Origin: Elusimicrobiota bacterium
GTDB taxonomy: Bacteria; Elusimicrobiota; Elusimicrobia; 2-02-FULL-39-32
Reading direction: 5' to 3'
Length of the DNA stretch: 64,000 bases
Assembly: GCA_021730935.1 (NCBI GenBank)
Contig: JAKFYJ010000011.1
Location: 3,401-67,400 of the forward strand
Both the position numbers and the translations under genes were made by a program. Below, piece by piece: positions 1 through 9,900 of this stretch; position 1 is the stretch's first letter; every line of letters begins with the position of its first letter. A model generated the notes under the pieces. The model searched no databases, was not told the origin of the DNA, and saw only the letters and a program-made list of their open reading frames with translations.

Positions 1-462
1 AGTGCCGCTGTCAAAAGAAACCTCAACATAGGAAAGATTCGCGTCGAAAGCGCTTCCAAAAACCATGGAAATGCCGGAAACAGTGCTTCCAAACGCAGGC
101 GTGGAAATGGTGATCTCCGGCGTTGTGTTATCCACAGTAAACATGATCTCCGAGGATGCCGTGCTTGCGTTCTGGCTGTAAACCTTGGCTGAAATTAAGT
201 GGTTCCCATCAGGGATGGAGTGGCTGTCCAAAATATAGGACCAGTTCGCAAGGCCCGAAGCCAAAATTTCAGGACCTCCGTCAACCGAAAGTGTGACGGA
301 AGCAAGGGCCGCGTCAAAGGCTGTTCCGGAAACCGCGATGAGGCCTGTCACCGTGGAAGAATCTGCGGGGTTCGTGATGGCCACGGTGGGGATCGCCGCA
401 CGCGCGGGAACGGGCATGAGAAACATCGCGAGCGCTGAGAAGCGGATCATCCACTTTTTCAT
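1..462 (-). CDS. Partial CDS (N-terminal part; continues beyond window start): secreted protein with signal peptide and Ig-like/Gly-Ser-Thr-rich repeats
   Basis: Hand translation of the minus strand from the ATG at 462..460 gives MKKWMIRFSALAMFLMPVPARAAIPTVAITNPADSS... The SD GGAGG (revcomp of 466..470) lies 8 nt upstream. The ATG overlaps the TGA of the upstream gene (ATGA). It is absent from the ORF track because it is truncated by the window edge. Confidence 0.5.
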   Translation of the reverse strand, partial: MKKWMIRFSALAMFLMPVPARAAIPTVAITNPADSSTVTGLIAVSGTAFDAALASVTLSVDGGPEILASGLANWSYILDSHSIPDGNHLISAKVYSQNASTASSEIMFTVDNTTPEITISTPAFGSTVSGISMVFGSAFDANLSYVEVSFDSGT

Positions 463-1421
463 AAGAACCTCCAGGAGAGGCTGATATGATGAGTGGTCCC
501 AAGTTCCCCCATCGGGACGAAGGCGTAATCCGCCGATCCGTGACGCATAAATTTCATGCCGAAACCCATGGCCAGACCGGAGAGGCTGTTGAGTTTTCCT
601 GCGTCGATCCCGTTTTTGACGGTGTTCTTGGCCATTTGCGAAAGGTATCCGGCTCGAATCGAGAAAGCCGTGAAAAATTGAATCTGCCCGCCCATGGAAA
701 GCGAAGCGGTCTGATCTTTCAGACCATAGCGGAAATTTCCCGCGAGGGTGAGCGCCGAGAATGAGTGGGACGCTCCCAGTTCCGCCGTGGACGGCAACGC
801 GACGGACCGGTCAGCATAATTGACTGCGGGGCCGACATTGAAAACGCCCACGGAAACCATCGTGCGCGTTTTCAGCTCTTTAGATGCGGAGACGTCCAGA
901 GCGAACCCCTGAGCCGTATAATCCTGGATGCCGGAACGGATGACTTTGGCGGTTGTCCCGAAGAAAAATGTTTCCCCGAACTTTTTGCCCAAAGAGAGAG
1001 CGGCGAAGCTGTCTTCGGCTGAAAAATCGCCGGTCTTTTGTCCGCTGTCGTCTCGTCCGTCGATGCCGCCTTTGGCATATCGTCCCAGGGAAACCGCGAA
1101 AGAAGAATGGATGCGTTTCAGAGGATGGGCATAGGCGAAATAGGTGTATGAAAAGTCCGAGATGAAACGGTTCTGATAAAGGAAAATCTCTTTGGCTTCG
1201 AGGCCTCCGAGAGCCGCGGGGTTCCAATAAGCCGCGCTGGCGTCTTTGGTTTGCGCGATAAAGGCTTTGCCCATGCCCTGCGCCGCCGCTCCCACGCCGA
1301 CCTTGAGGAAAGTGAATCCTGCGGGTTCCGCCAGCAAACCTCCCGGCCGCAGAATTGCGGCGGAGAGGCCTGCCAGAAGAAGATATTTCTTAACGATCGT
1401 TTTTAATTTAATGAACCCCAT
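459..1421 (-). CDS. Outer-membrane beta-barrel channel, FadL/TodX-like
   Basis: 320 aa with a signal peptide. The N-terminal motif GKAFIAQTKDASAAYWNPAAL matches the FadL/TodX hatch signature (G.A....DA.A...NPA.L). The rest has alternating beta-strand character. Confidence 0.5.
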   Translation of the reverse strand: MGFIKLKTIVKKYLLLAGLSAAILRPGGLLAEPAGFTFLKVGVGAAAQGMGKAFIAQTKDASAAYWNPAALGGLEAKEIFLYQNRFISDFSYTYFAYAHPLKRIHSSFAVSLGRYAKGGIDGRDDSGQKTGDFSAEDSFAALSLGKKFGETFFFGTTAKVIRSGIQDYTAQGFALDVSASKELKTRTMVSVGVFNVGPAVNYADRSVALPSTAELGASHSFSALTLAGNFRYGLKDQTASLSMGGQIQFFTAFSIRAGYLSQMAKNTVKNGIDAGKLNSLSGLAMGFGMKFMRHGSADYAFVPMGELGTTHHISLSWRFL

Positions 1422-1446
1422 AACATTCCCCCGATTTCACAAATGT

Positions 1447-2115
1447 TTATCCGCCGAACTTGCGGCTCATGAAGACGCCGAAATTAAGGACGCTTCCGGC
1501 CTGGATGTTGCCGTTTTCGTTGGTCGTTGTGACAAAACTTTTCTTGGCTGAAACATAGCGCCATCTCATGTCAAAACCAAGCGACCAGTTTGATGAGAGT
1601 TCATAAGCGTATTGCGCTCCGGCTGAAACAGAAGCTCCCGTGGCGGTTTCATCGAACAGCTGAGCGTCGATGGAACTGGGGGTGGGCTGGAAATCCGCCG
1701 CTTCGTTCAGGCTTGCGAACCCGGCGCCCAGCAGCAATCCGACATGGTGCTGGCTTTCCGGCAGGAAAAGATAACGCGCCACAGCTTCAAAATGAAACGT
1801 GCGCGCATAAGAAGTGGTTTTGGCTCCCGCTCTCGGGAAATTTTGCTGTTCTTTGCTGGTCATGGCCAAATATCCGGTGTCAGCGCCCACTCCGAGGTGC
1901 GGAGTCAAATTATAGAGGTAATCGACGTTGAAGCTCACGCCCGGGTTTCCCATATCAATGTCTATGCTGCTGACATCGGACTTAAGCATTGAGGCGGAGG
2001 ACCCAAGCCGGAATCCAACCTCGTGTTGACCGGCTTTGACTTCCGCACGGGCCTGGTTCGCCCACATCAATAATCCCGCCGCCATCATCTGCACTGCAAC
2101 CTTCTTAATTTTCAT
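1447..2115 (-). CDS. Small outer-membrane beta-barrel protein (OmpW/OmpA-like barrel)
   Basis: 222 aa. Signal peptide MKIKKVAVQMMAAGLLMWANQARA. Alternating hydrophobic pattern and a Gly/aromatic-rich C-terminus. Confidence 0.5.
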   Translation of the reverse strand: MKIKKVAVQMMAAGLLMWANQARAEVKAGQHEVGFRLGSSASMLKSDVSSIDIDMGNPGVSFNVDYLYNLTPHLGVGADTGYLAMTSKEQQNFPRAGAKTTSYARTFHFEAVARYLFLPESQHHVGLLLGAGFASLNEAADFQPTPSSIDAQLFDETATGASVSAGAQYAYELSSNWSLGFDMRWRYVSAKKSFVTTTNENGNIQAGSVLNFGVFMSRKFGG

Positions 2116-2169
2116 TTTTTGTGTTGTCGCTCCTTGGTTTGGTTTGTTTGTGAAATTGGGTTGCTATTT

Positions 2170-2457
2170 TCAGTGTGATTCATTTTGATCTTCGAGTTTT
2201 TCAAATCTTACCATTAAATTAAAAATTTGATCTCCCAGGAGGCTTTCTGTAAACGACATTCTATCCATCAACGCTCTGCCGACACCTGCACATATTTTTG
2301 TTCTTTTTTTTTGATCATAGTTTTTTTCATCGATAAGTCGGAGAATTTGATTCATCATCACGATCGTATTATCATAATATCTCCAAGCTGCAGGCTCTCG
2401 CTCAGCCTGAGCTTTTATGTCTATAATAATTTGCTTCAAATCATCCTTTAATGGCAT
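2170..2457 (-). CDS. Small acidic hypothetical protein immediately downstream of the TpsA toxin tail; candidate immunity protein
   Basis: 95-aa ORF. Its ATG (2457..2455) lies 2 nt after the tpsA stop (TAA at 2462..2460), with no SD, suggesting translational coupling. It lies in the same low-GC block (~35%) as the TpsA C-terminus. Confidence 0.35.
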   Translation of the reverse strand: MPLKDDLKQIIIDIKAQAEREPAAWRYYDNTIVMMNQILRLIDEKNYDQKKRTKICAGVGRALMDRMSFTESLLGDQIFNLMVRFEKLEDQNESH

Positions 2458-2459
2458 GA

Positions 2460-3900
2460 TTATTTTATTTTCTTGACAAGTATAGCATCCTTGGGATTGG
2501 GCAGATATGTTTGAATTCCACCGCCAACTGCTTTCTGGCCAAACCCTTCCACTTCCACCATGGAACTGGCTCTCCCTTGTAAAATCGTAGAGCCTTTGGG
2601 GATTTTATACAAATATTCTGATTCCCCGGTATTGGCAGAAGGTAAGGCAAGAAAACGCTTGGCATTCCCAATTTTTTCATAGTGTTTACTGAAGTATGGT
2701 GAGGTTTCCAATGTTTCCGGACTGCGTCGTTGATAAACATATAGATCTTCCTCAAGCACGATGAGTTTGGGTTCACCTTTAAATGATCCTGCTACTCTAG
2801 CTCTATATTTTTCTGGCACAACCTTAAAAACACTATTTTCTTCAGCAATATTCTCAACAGCTTTCATTTGGGTTGAAATCTGTTTTAATGCTTTGCTGTC
2901 TTCAGCCATGTCACCTAAGACTGCGCCGTTTTTGCTGTTTTTTGCAATGGCTAACTCGACTTCACTTACTGCAGTTTCTGCGGCCGTGGCTGTACGATTA
3001 GCCGCTTTCACGAAAGATCCCGCTGAGAGCCCTCCGCTTAAAATTACACTGCCAACAAGCTGGCTGTATTCTTCATCTGTATATTCCCCACCTAAAAGTT
3101 TCTTTTCAGTGATAATTCCGCGGATATCGTTAACAGTCATGGCCGTGCCGCCAACTCCAAGTCCATATAAAACAGTAGCGGGAATGGAAATTTCTGAAGT
3201 GACGATGACTGCGGCCGCAGCTATCACAATAACTCCACCTTTAACTACGGTATATCCAACTTCTTTTGCGTCAATCCTTCTTATATCGAACGAGTCGTAA
3301 TTAGTCAGCTTGGAATCAAGCTTGTTTCCTTCTTTTAAGAGAGAAAAATCATCATATACTTCTTTGTAAGTCATTCCAGTGCCATACGCGATATTCATTT
3401 TTCCGATAGAGTTTCCGTTGAGGTCATTTTCAAAATTCCAAGCCTGAACGAACTTGTCTCCTATGAGTTTGGCAGAGACTTCACTTTCTCCTGGGATTAA
3501 CTTATGGCTGACTTCATGTCCAAAGACACTGATGGTTTTATCTGTGTCCCTAACATCAGTGTTTCCAACGTTTACAAAGATATTCTTACTTTCATTGTCA
3601 CTCTTCCCATATTTTTGATCGTCTTTCGCGTAAAGTTTGACGTCAATTTCAACTCCCGTTTGCTTGGTGACATAATCCGCATAAGCGTTTAGAGCTGTAT
3701 TGTATTCGGTAAAGGAGGCGGGTTTATTATTGCCTAATATTTTTCCTAGTTCAGGATAATCTCTTAAAAATTCGAGAGTTGCCTGGTTAACAGCTGTGGC
3801 TTTTCCATAATATTGGAAAATGCTCATCTGATCTTGAGTAATGGCATTTCCTAAGTCTTTCGCTGCCTCTCCGACGCGTTCTCCCGCTTTTGCCACATTC
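2460..3900 (-). other. Low-GC C-terminal (polymorphic toxin-like) region of TpsA containing an HExxH motif at 3504..3518
   Basis: GC falls from about 50% upstream of ~3900 to about 33-40% here. Hand counts: 2461-2520 about 33% GC, versus 4000-4060 about 48% and 6000-6060 about 52%. Revcomp of 3504..3518 is CAT GAA GTC AGC CAT, which encodes HEVSH in ...ISVFGHEVSHKLIP... A hydrophobic segment IVIAAAAVIVTSEISIPATVLYGLGVGG lies downstream of the motif. Confidence 0.55.
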
Positions 3901-6900
3901 TTTGGAAGATCCGAAAGCACCTTTTTGGCTTCCGCGAGCTGTTTTCCTGTGGCGTCGACCAGGCCTTCGTTGGCGACGTCTGCGATGAATTGATTGGAGA
4001 TGCTGATGTCCACATTGAAGCCGCCGGTTTTTTTGTCTTGGGTGACGATTTGGGTCTTTGTGAGGTCCCGGTTGATGTCTCCGGCTCCATTCGGATCTCC
4101 GTTAACCGTGATGTTCCCCTGGCCGAGGGTGGAATGAGTGACGCCTTCCTTTTCGCTTCCGCCATTGGAGAATGCGATGTTCGTGTTTCCGTTTTTCCAT
4201 CCGATTTGAGTTTTTCCGGTTTTATCCTTATCTCCCGAGAGGCCGGTCCCGATGCTGAAGTTGAAACTGCTGGATTCGGAAGAGTCCAAAAGGTCTCTAT
4301 AGGTCAGTTTGGCCACGTCAACGGTCAGGTTTCCGCCGTCCGTGCCGTCCTCTTTTTGGTTCGCAATGATGCTTCCCACCATGTCCAGCTGATGGGCCTT
4401 GATTTTGACGGAGTCCGAGCCCAGGATGCTGCTTTGGCTGTTCGTCCAGTTTTCTTTGGATTTGGATTGGCCGATGGAAAACCCGATCTGCGAGCCCAGG
4501 GTGAAGGACTCGTTTTCAGATTTGGATTCCATACGGTCCTGTTTGGAAGCCAGGGTGAGAGTGCCTCCGACGTTCAGATCTGCGTTTTTGCCTTTCACAT
4601 TGACGCCCGCAAGCGTCGTGTCATTTCCGGACTCGATTTTTACGGTGCCTTCCCTGGCGGAAATCTGAGAATTGATCTGGGTGACTTGATCCTCACTGCC
4701 TTTGCTTCGGGACATGGAGAAAGTGGGAAGGACAAATCCCCGGCTGGACAAAAGCGTGGTCCTGAGAGATTCTTTCTCCGTCTCATAACCTGATCCGGAA
4801 CGCGATTCCGCCGATTCAATGTTGATGTTGTTTCCGGCTTTTAAAAGCAGGTCTCCGCCTTCCGCTGAAATGTTGGCTCCTCGGGCGTTTAAATCATGAT
4901 CGGCAATGGTGTCCACATCTTTGGAAATGATGCTGCTTCCAAGTTCCACGCTCTTTTCAGACGTGGATGTTTTCTTTTCCCGTTCCTGAGTCATGGAAAC
5001 TTCCCCGTAAAAACCATACGTTGCGGCGGTTGCGGCATTGTTGGCGACGGTTTGAGCGAGCTTGGCCACTTGATAAGCGGCGATGGCGGCTTTGGCGGCG
5101 GAAACCGCGGTGTTGACCGAACCTTCTGTTGTTCCGCTGTTTTCGGCGCTTGTCATTTCCTTCAGGTCCTGAGCCGCGTCAGCGGCCTGGAAACCCGTTT
5201 CGACCCAGGAGTTTCCGGCGGAGGCCGTGAAAGTGTTTTTGAGGGTGGACTCGCTTTCGCTGATTTTTTCAGTTTCTTCGGCGGTCTTTAAGTTCACATC
5301 TCCGCCGGCATGGATGGAAGTTTTTTTGTTGGCCAGAAGGTTTGAACTCACAATGTCTGTATTTTTGCCTGAATCCACGGTCAGATTTCCGCCGGCCACA
5401 ATCTGGGTCTGTTTCTGCGTGGTTTTCTCCGTGGTTTTTTCTTTTTCGGTTCCTTTCTGACTCCAGTTTAAATCCACGCTGGAACGGTTGAATTTAAGAT
5501 CGACATTGTCGAAGCTGATTTCACTGTGTTTCTGGTCCTCATAAGATTTCTGTTCGCCGGAAGTGATGAGGATGTCTCCCGCGGATTTCAGGCTCATGTC
5601 TGAGCCGGAAATGAGGTTGGAAGCGGAAAGGGTCAGTTGCTTTTGGCCTTCCAGGTCCAGTTTTCCCCCGCTGGAAATTTCTGAAGAGGCCAGTTCAGTT
5701 TTTTCAGAATCCAGAGTGTCCTTCTTCTGCTTATTGACAATATATTTGCTTGCGCTGTCAACATAATCCGCTGTCATGATTCCGCCCGCAATCGAACCTG
5801 CCGGACCCGCCGTGACTCCTCCGATTCCCGAACCGATATCCGCGGCAACGGCGCCCGCAGTGGCCGCCACGGCGATTCCGGCATAGTCCGGGCGGATTTC
5901 ATTGTGCATTTCCGCTTTCCGATGAATCTCTTCCTTGGCGCCGATAAGAAGCGCCGCTTCGTCGTTTATTTGGGCGAGGTTCCCGTTTGCATCCAGTCCG
6001 CGCCCGGCCAAAATTTGCGCGTTGCCCCCGGAATTTATCTTGCTGGAAATGATGTTTGTGTCTCCCGCGGAAATCACTGCGGCGTTTCCGCCAAAATTGA
6101 GCGTTGAGGCCTGCTCATGGGTGTCATAGGTCTTCAGGCTGTCGATCTGTCCTCTTTCAGCGTGCGCGCCGGTTTTAAAGCCGGAATACATGCCCATCGG
6201 CCCTCCCATGACAAATCCTGTGACGGTTCCCAGCGCAACGGCTCCCAGGTCCATGTGACTTTCTCGGTGATAATCATAAACAGAATCGGAATCGGTGGCG
6301 GAGATCACATTCACTTTGGCATCTTTGTTGTTGATAATTTTGCCGTCTTTGTCGATATAGCTGCCCGCAAGAACAGTTCCATTGCCCGCCGCGGAAATGT
6401 TGGAGCCCACGATGTTGGTGTCATTCAAAGACACGGACTGATAATCCGATCCGGAACTCAGGTCAGAAGCCCGTTGACGGATGCTGGATTGCTCATGGAT
6501 GTCTTCGGTCTTGGAGAATATGCCCTTTTTGGTTTCATGGCTATAGCTATACGTTCGATCCTGGACGGAAGCAATGGTGAGAGCGCCCTTGGATTCCAGA
6601 TTCATGGCTTCTTTGGAATCCATGGTGACGCCGATCAGGTTCGTGTCGGCTTGAGAGGCTGTGGCGAGCGCGCCCCCGGCTCTCAAAGTGGAACGCTGGT
6701 TCGTGACGCTTTCGTTCATGGTATCTTTGGAAGAGCTGGAGAAGACCCCTTCTTTGGAAGACTGGGTGCGCACATACTCGTCGTCCTGAACGGCTGAGAC
6801 GGTGATTTTGCCGCCTGAAACGAGGGAAAGGTCTTCACCCGCTTCGACATTTCCTCCGGCGATCAGTGTGTCTCTCCCGGATTGAGTGTTGACGCTCCCT

Positions 6901-9900
6901 CCGGCTTTAATCGACGCCAGTTCATTGGCCCGGGAGGATTTGACGATGTCCTTGCTGTGTTTTCCCTTCTCCGAGGCATGAAAGTAGGATTCGAGAACTT
7001 CGGAGTTGACGACGATGTCGCCGTCAGCTTTCATGGCCAAATCTTCTCCTGAGCTCAGGGAAGTTCCCAGGATCTTCAGGTCTTTGCCGGCGGAAAGGGT
7101 TGCGTTCTTTCCGGCTTCAATGCTTCCCCGCGCCAAAAGAACATCATGCCAATTTTCGCTCATGCCTTCTCGCCGCTTGACATTCGAGCTTGCAATGTCT
7201 CCCTTGGCGTACATATAAAGGTCGCGTTGCGCTGAAATTTTTCCGCCTTGATTGGTCAAATCGTTGCCTGCGGCCAGGGCCATGTCGCCTTTGGATTCCA
7301 GGAGGCCATCGATGTTGTTGATGTTTTTGTCGGCGGCCACTTGCAGTTCGTTTTGAGCCTTGATCCTGCCCGAAAGGTTGTTCACGGATCCTTCGGAACC
7401 GATCGCTATGTTTTCTCCTTCAATGGTTGCTCGCGCGCTGGTGAGCCCTTCGCGGGTTGTTCTGGCCAGATAAACCTGCGGCATGAGCACTTTCTGCGGA
7501 TTGCCGTTCACGGAAATTTCTGTTTCCACCAGCCAGACGATGTCCTTTTTCAGCTGGGCGATTTGGTCGGGCGTGAGCGCAATGCCGGCGCTCAGAGACA
7601 GCTCTTTGGACTCATCGATGGCGTTGTCATAAAGGTCTGCCATCTGCTCAAAAGAGCTTCCGATCCCCTGTTCGAGATACATTTTTCCCGTGGCCTCGCG
7701 GATGCTTTTTTCCAGGAGCTTGGACATGAAATAATCATCGCCGAGAAGGCGGACGTCGGTGTTGGGGTGATATCCGATGCGATTCAGAAAATATTTTGAG
7801 CCCCGGAGAGCGTCAACACTGATGAATTTGCTTCTTGATTCAACGACATAGAGGCTGTTGGGATCTTTGGACAGACCGAAGAGGGACGACAAATTGAAGA
7901 TGGAGCTGTCCGTCAGTGAAATGGGGCTGTTGAGCCGGACGGACGGGGCGTCCGGGAGCAGCGGGGTCACAATCAGGCCTTTGGCGATGGGGGAGGCCAC
8001 GGATCCGGTGATCGCCGCGGGAGCGACTGTAATGCCGCCGATGGGGATAACGCCGGTGTCTTTGATGGCGTTGAGGCTGGCATCGTTATATGTTTTATTT
8101 TGCCGGACTGCCGGGCCTCCGTTGGAGACGCCTGAAGATCCTCCGATGAGAATGTTGCCCCCCGCAAAAAGCTCCGGCCCAAAGCTGGAATAGGCGGTGT
8201 CGGAATAAAATTGAGAGCTGAAATAATCAGCCGAGCGGTTCCGGCAGAACAGTTTGAAGAGGCCGCGGCATTCCCTCCAGGTCGCGTGGTTTTGAAATAC
8301 CATCTCGAGCCCGCCGACATTGATGCTGGCCTGAACGTTGGAGAAACTTCCTCCGGTGAAAGTGATGTCGCGGGAGGCCGAAATGACGCTCCCATAATTC
8401 GTGATCGCCGCCCCATCCACAAAAATATCGCGACCCGCGGTCAGATATGCGGGTTTGGTTTCGAGTGTGGAGACGAGGACGTCTTTTTTAATCATTTTCC
8501 AGGAGTTGTTCCCCGGGGGGCCCACGTTGACCCGCACGGTATAATATCCGCCGTGGTCTTTTCCCGTATTGTTGAGCAGGTTTGCCCGGATCCGGATGTC
8601 CCGATCCGCTTCAATGTTTGCGGAGGTATAGTTTCCGTTAACGTAAGCCGAAATATTTTCAACCAGGGCGCTTTTGTTTCCTGAAGCGTCTTTCTGGATC
8701 ATCAGATCTTTCATGGAGAGAAGGCTCCCCGCGTCGTTGGTCAGCCGGTCCGCGTAAAGAATCATATCCCCGCCGGAAAGGATCAGCGCGTTGCCTGCCG
8801 CTCCGTCCAGGGAATCCCGGCGGTTATTGTAAATGGCGTTTTGGGCGTTCAGGATCATGTCCCCGCCCGTCTGGAGGGACCCAAAATTATAAATATTGCG
8901 GGCGGAGATGCTGAGGTTGTCGTCGGACACAATCGGTTTGAGAGATGACAGGCCGCCTGTCATATATCCGTTATAGAAATCCCCTCCCGCCTGGATGTCT
9001 GTTTTTCCCCCGGTTTCGATGGCGGTTTTGTTGATGATGTCCCGCTTCCCTGAAACGGAAAGATCTCCGTAAGTCATGATGTTTCCGGACAAGTTTAGGT
9101 CCTGATTGACGCTCAGGCTTGTTTTTCCGTATGAAAGGAGGTCCGCGGCATTGTTGAAGGCGTCAGAGACGATACGGATCCCCGTGGAGTTGTCTCCCGC
9201 CTGAGCCGCGTTTCCTCCTGCGATCGTTCCGGCATTGGACAGGGTCCCGGAGGCGCCGATGTTCACGGTCTTTTCAGACTGCAGTTTGGAAGAGTTTTGG
9301 ATGTTGTTCCCGGTGATATTCAAGTCATTGACTGCTGTGACGTCCCCTCCCGAATATTCCCCGTCGTGAGCGGCGTTCAGGTTTGAAACGCCGTAGGACT
9401 GCAAGGTCCCGGCTCCGGTGTTATGAATGGAATCCGCCGAGACGTGAAGGCCCGTGGCGGCGTTCCCATAATCCTGAGCGTTGCCGCCCGAAACATTGCC
9501 CGCGTTGGTGAAGGAGTTGACGGCTGATATCGTCAGGGATTTGTCCGCGTGAAGGGCGGCGCTGTTATAAATGCCGCCCAGGCCGTAAAGATTCAGGTCC
9601 CCCATCGCCAAAAGTTCCCCGTCAAGACTCAAGTCCTGGGCGACGGAGAGATCATTGTTTCCATAAGACAAAATCTTTCCCATGGAGGTGTTTTGGACTT
9701 TGTCGGCTGTGATGCTTATCCCCGTGTTCGCGTCCGCCGCTTGAGCCGCGTTTCCGCCCAGAACGGACCCTTCGTTAACGAACGTGTTATTCGCGTCCAA
9801 GGTCACTTTGTTTTCAGCCTGAATCATGCTTGTGTTCTTGATGTCGCCCTTGGCGGTCAAATGGATGTCGCCTGCCGCCAGCAAATTACCGTCTTTAATC

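Noticed and set aside
7000-7040. VENN-like motif (LVENISAY) in TpsA as a CdiA pretoxin/CT boundary
   Set aside because: It lies about 1800 aa from the C-terminus, far from the compositional break at nt ~3900. It reads VENI, not VENN. It was not used as evidence.
3990-8684. Numerous plus-strand ORFs (e.g. 3990..4793, 6117..6797, 7248..7799, 8211..8684) inside the tpsA region
   Set aside because: They are antisense to a clearly real 3361-aa gene. They are low-complexity Gly/Arg/Val-rich translations typical of the reverse frames of a repetitive GC-rich gene, and they have no SD or family resemblance.
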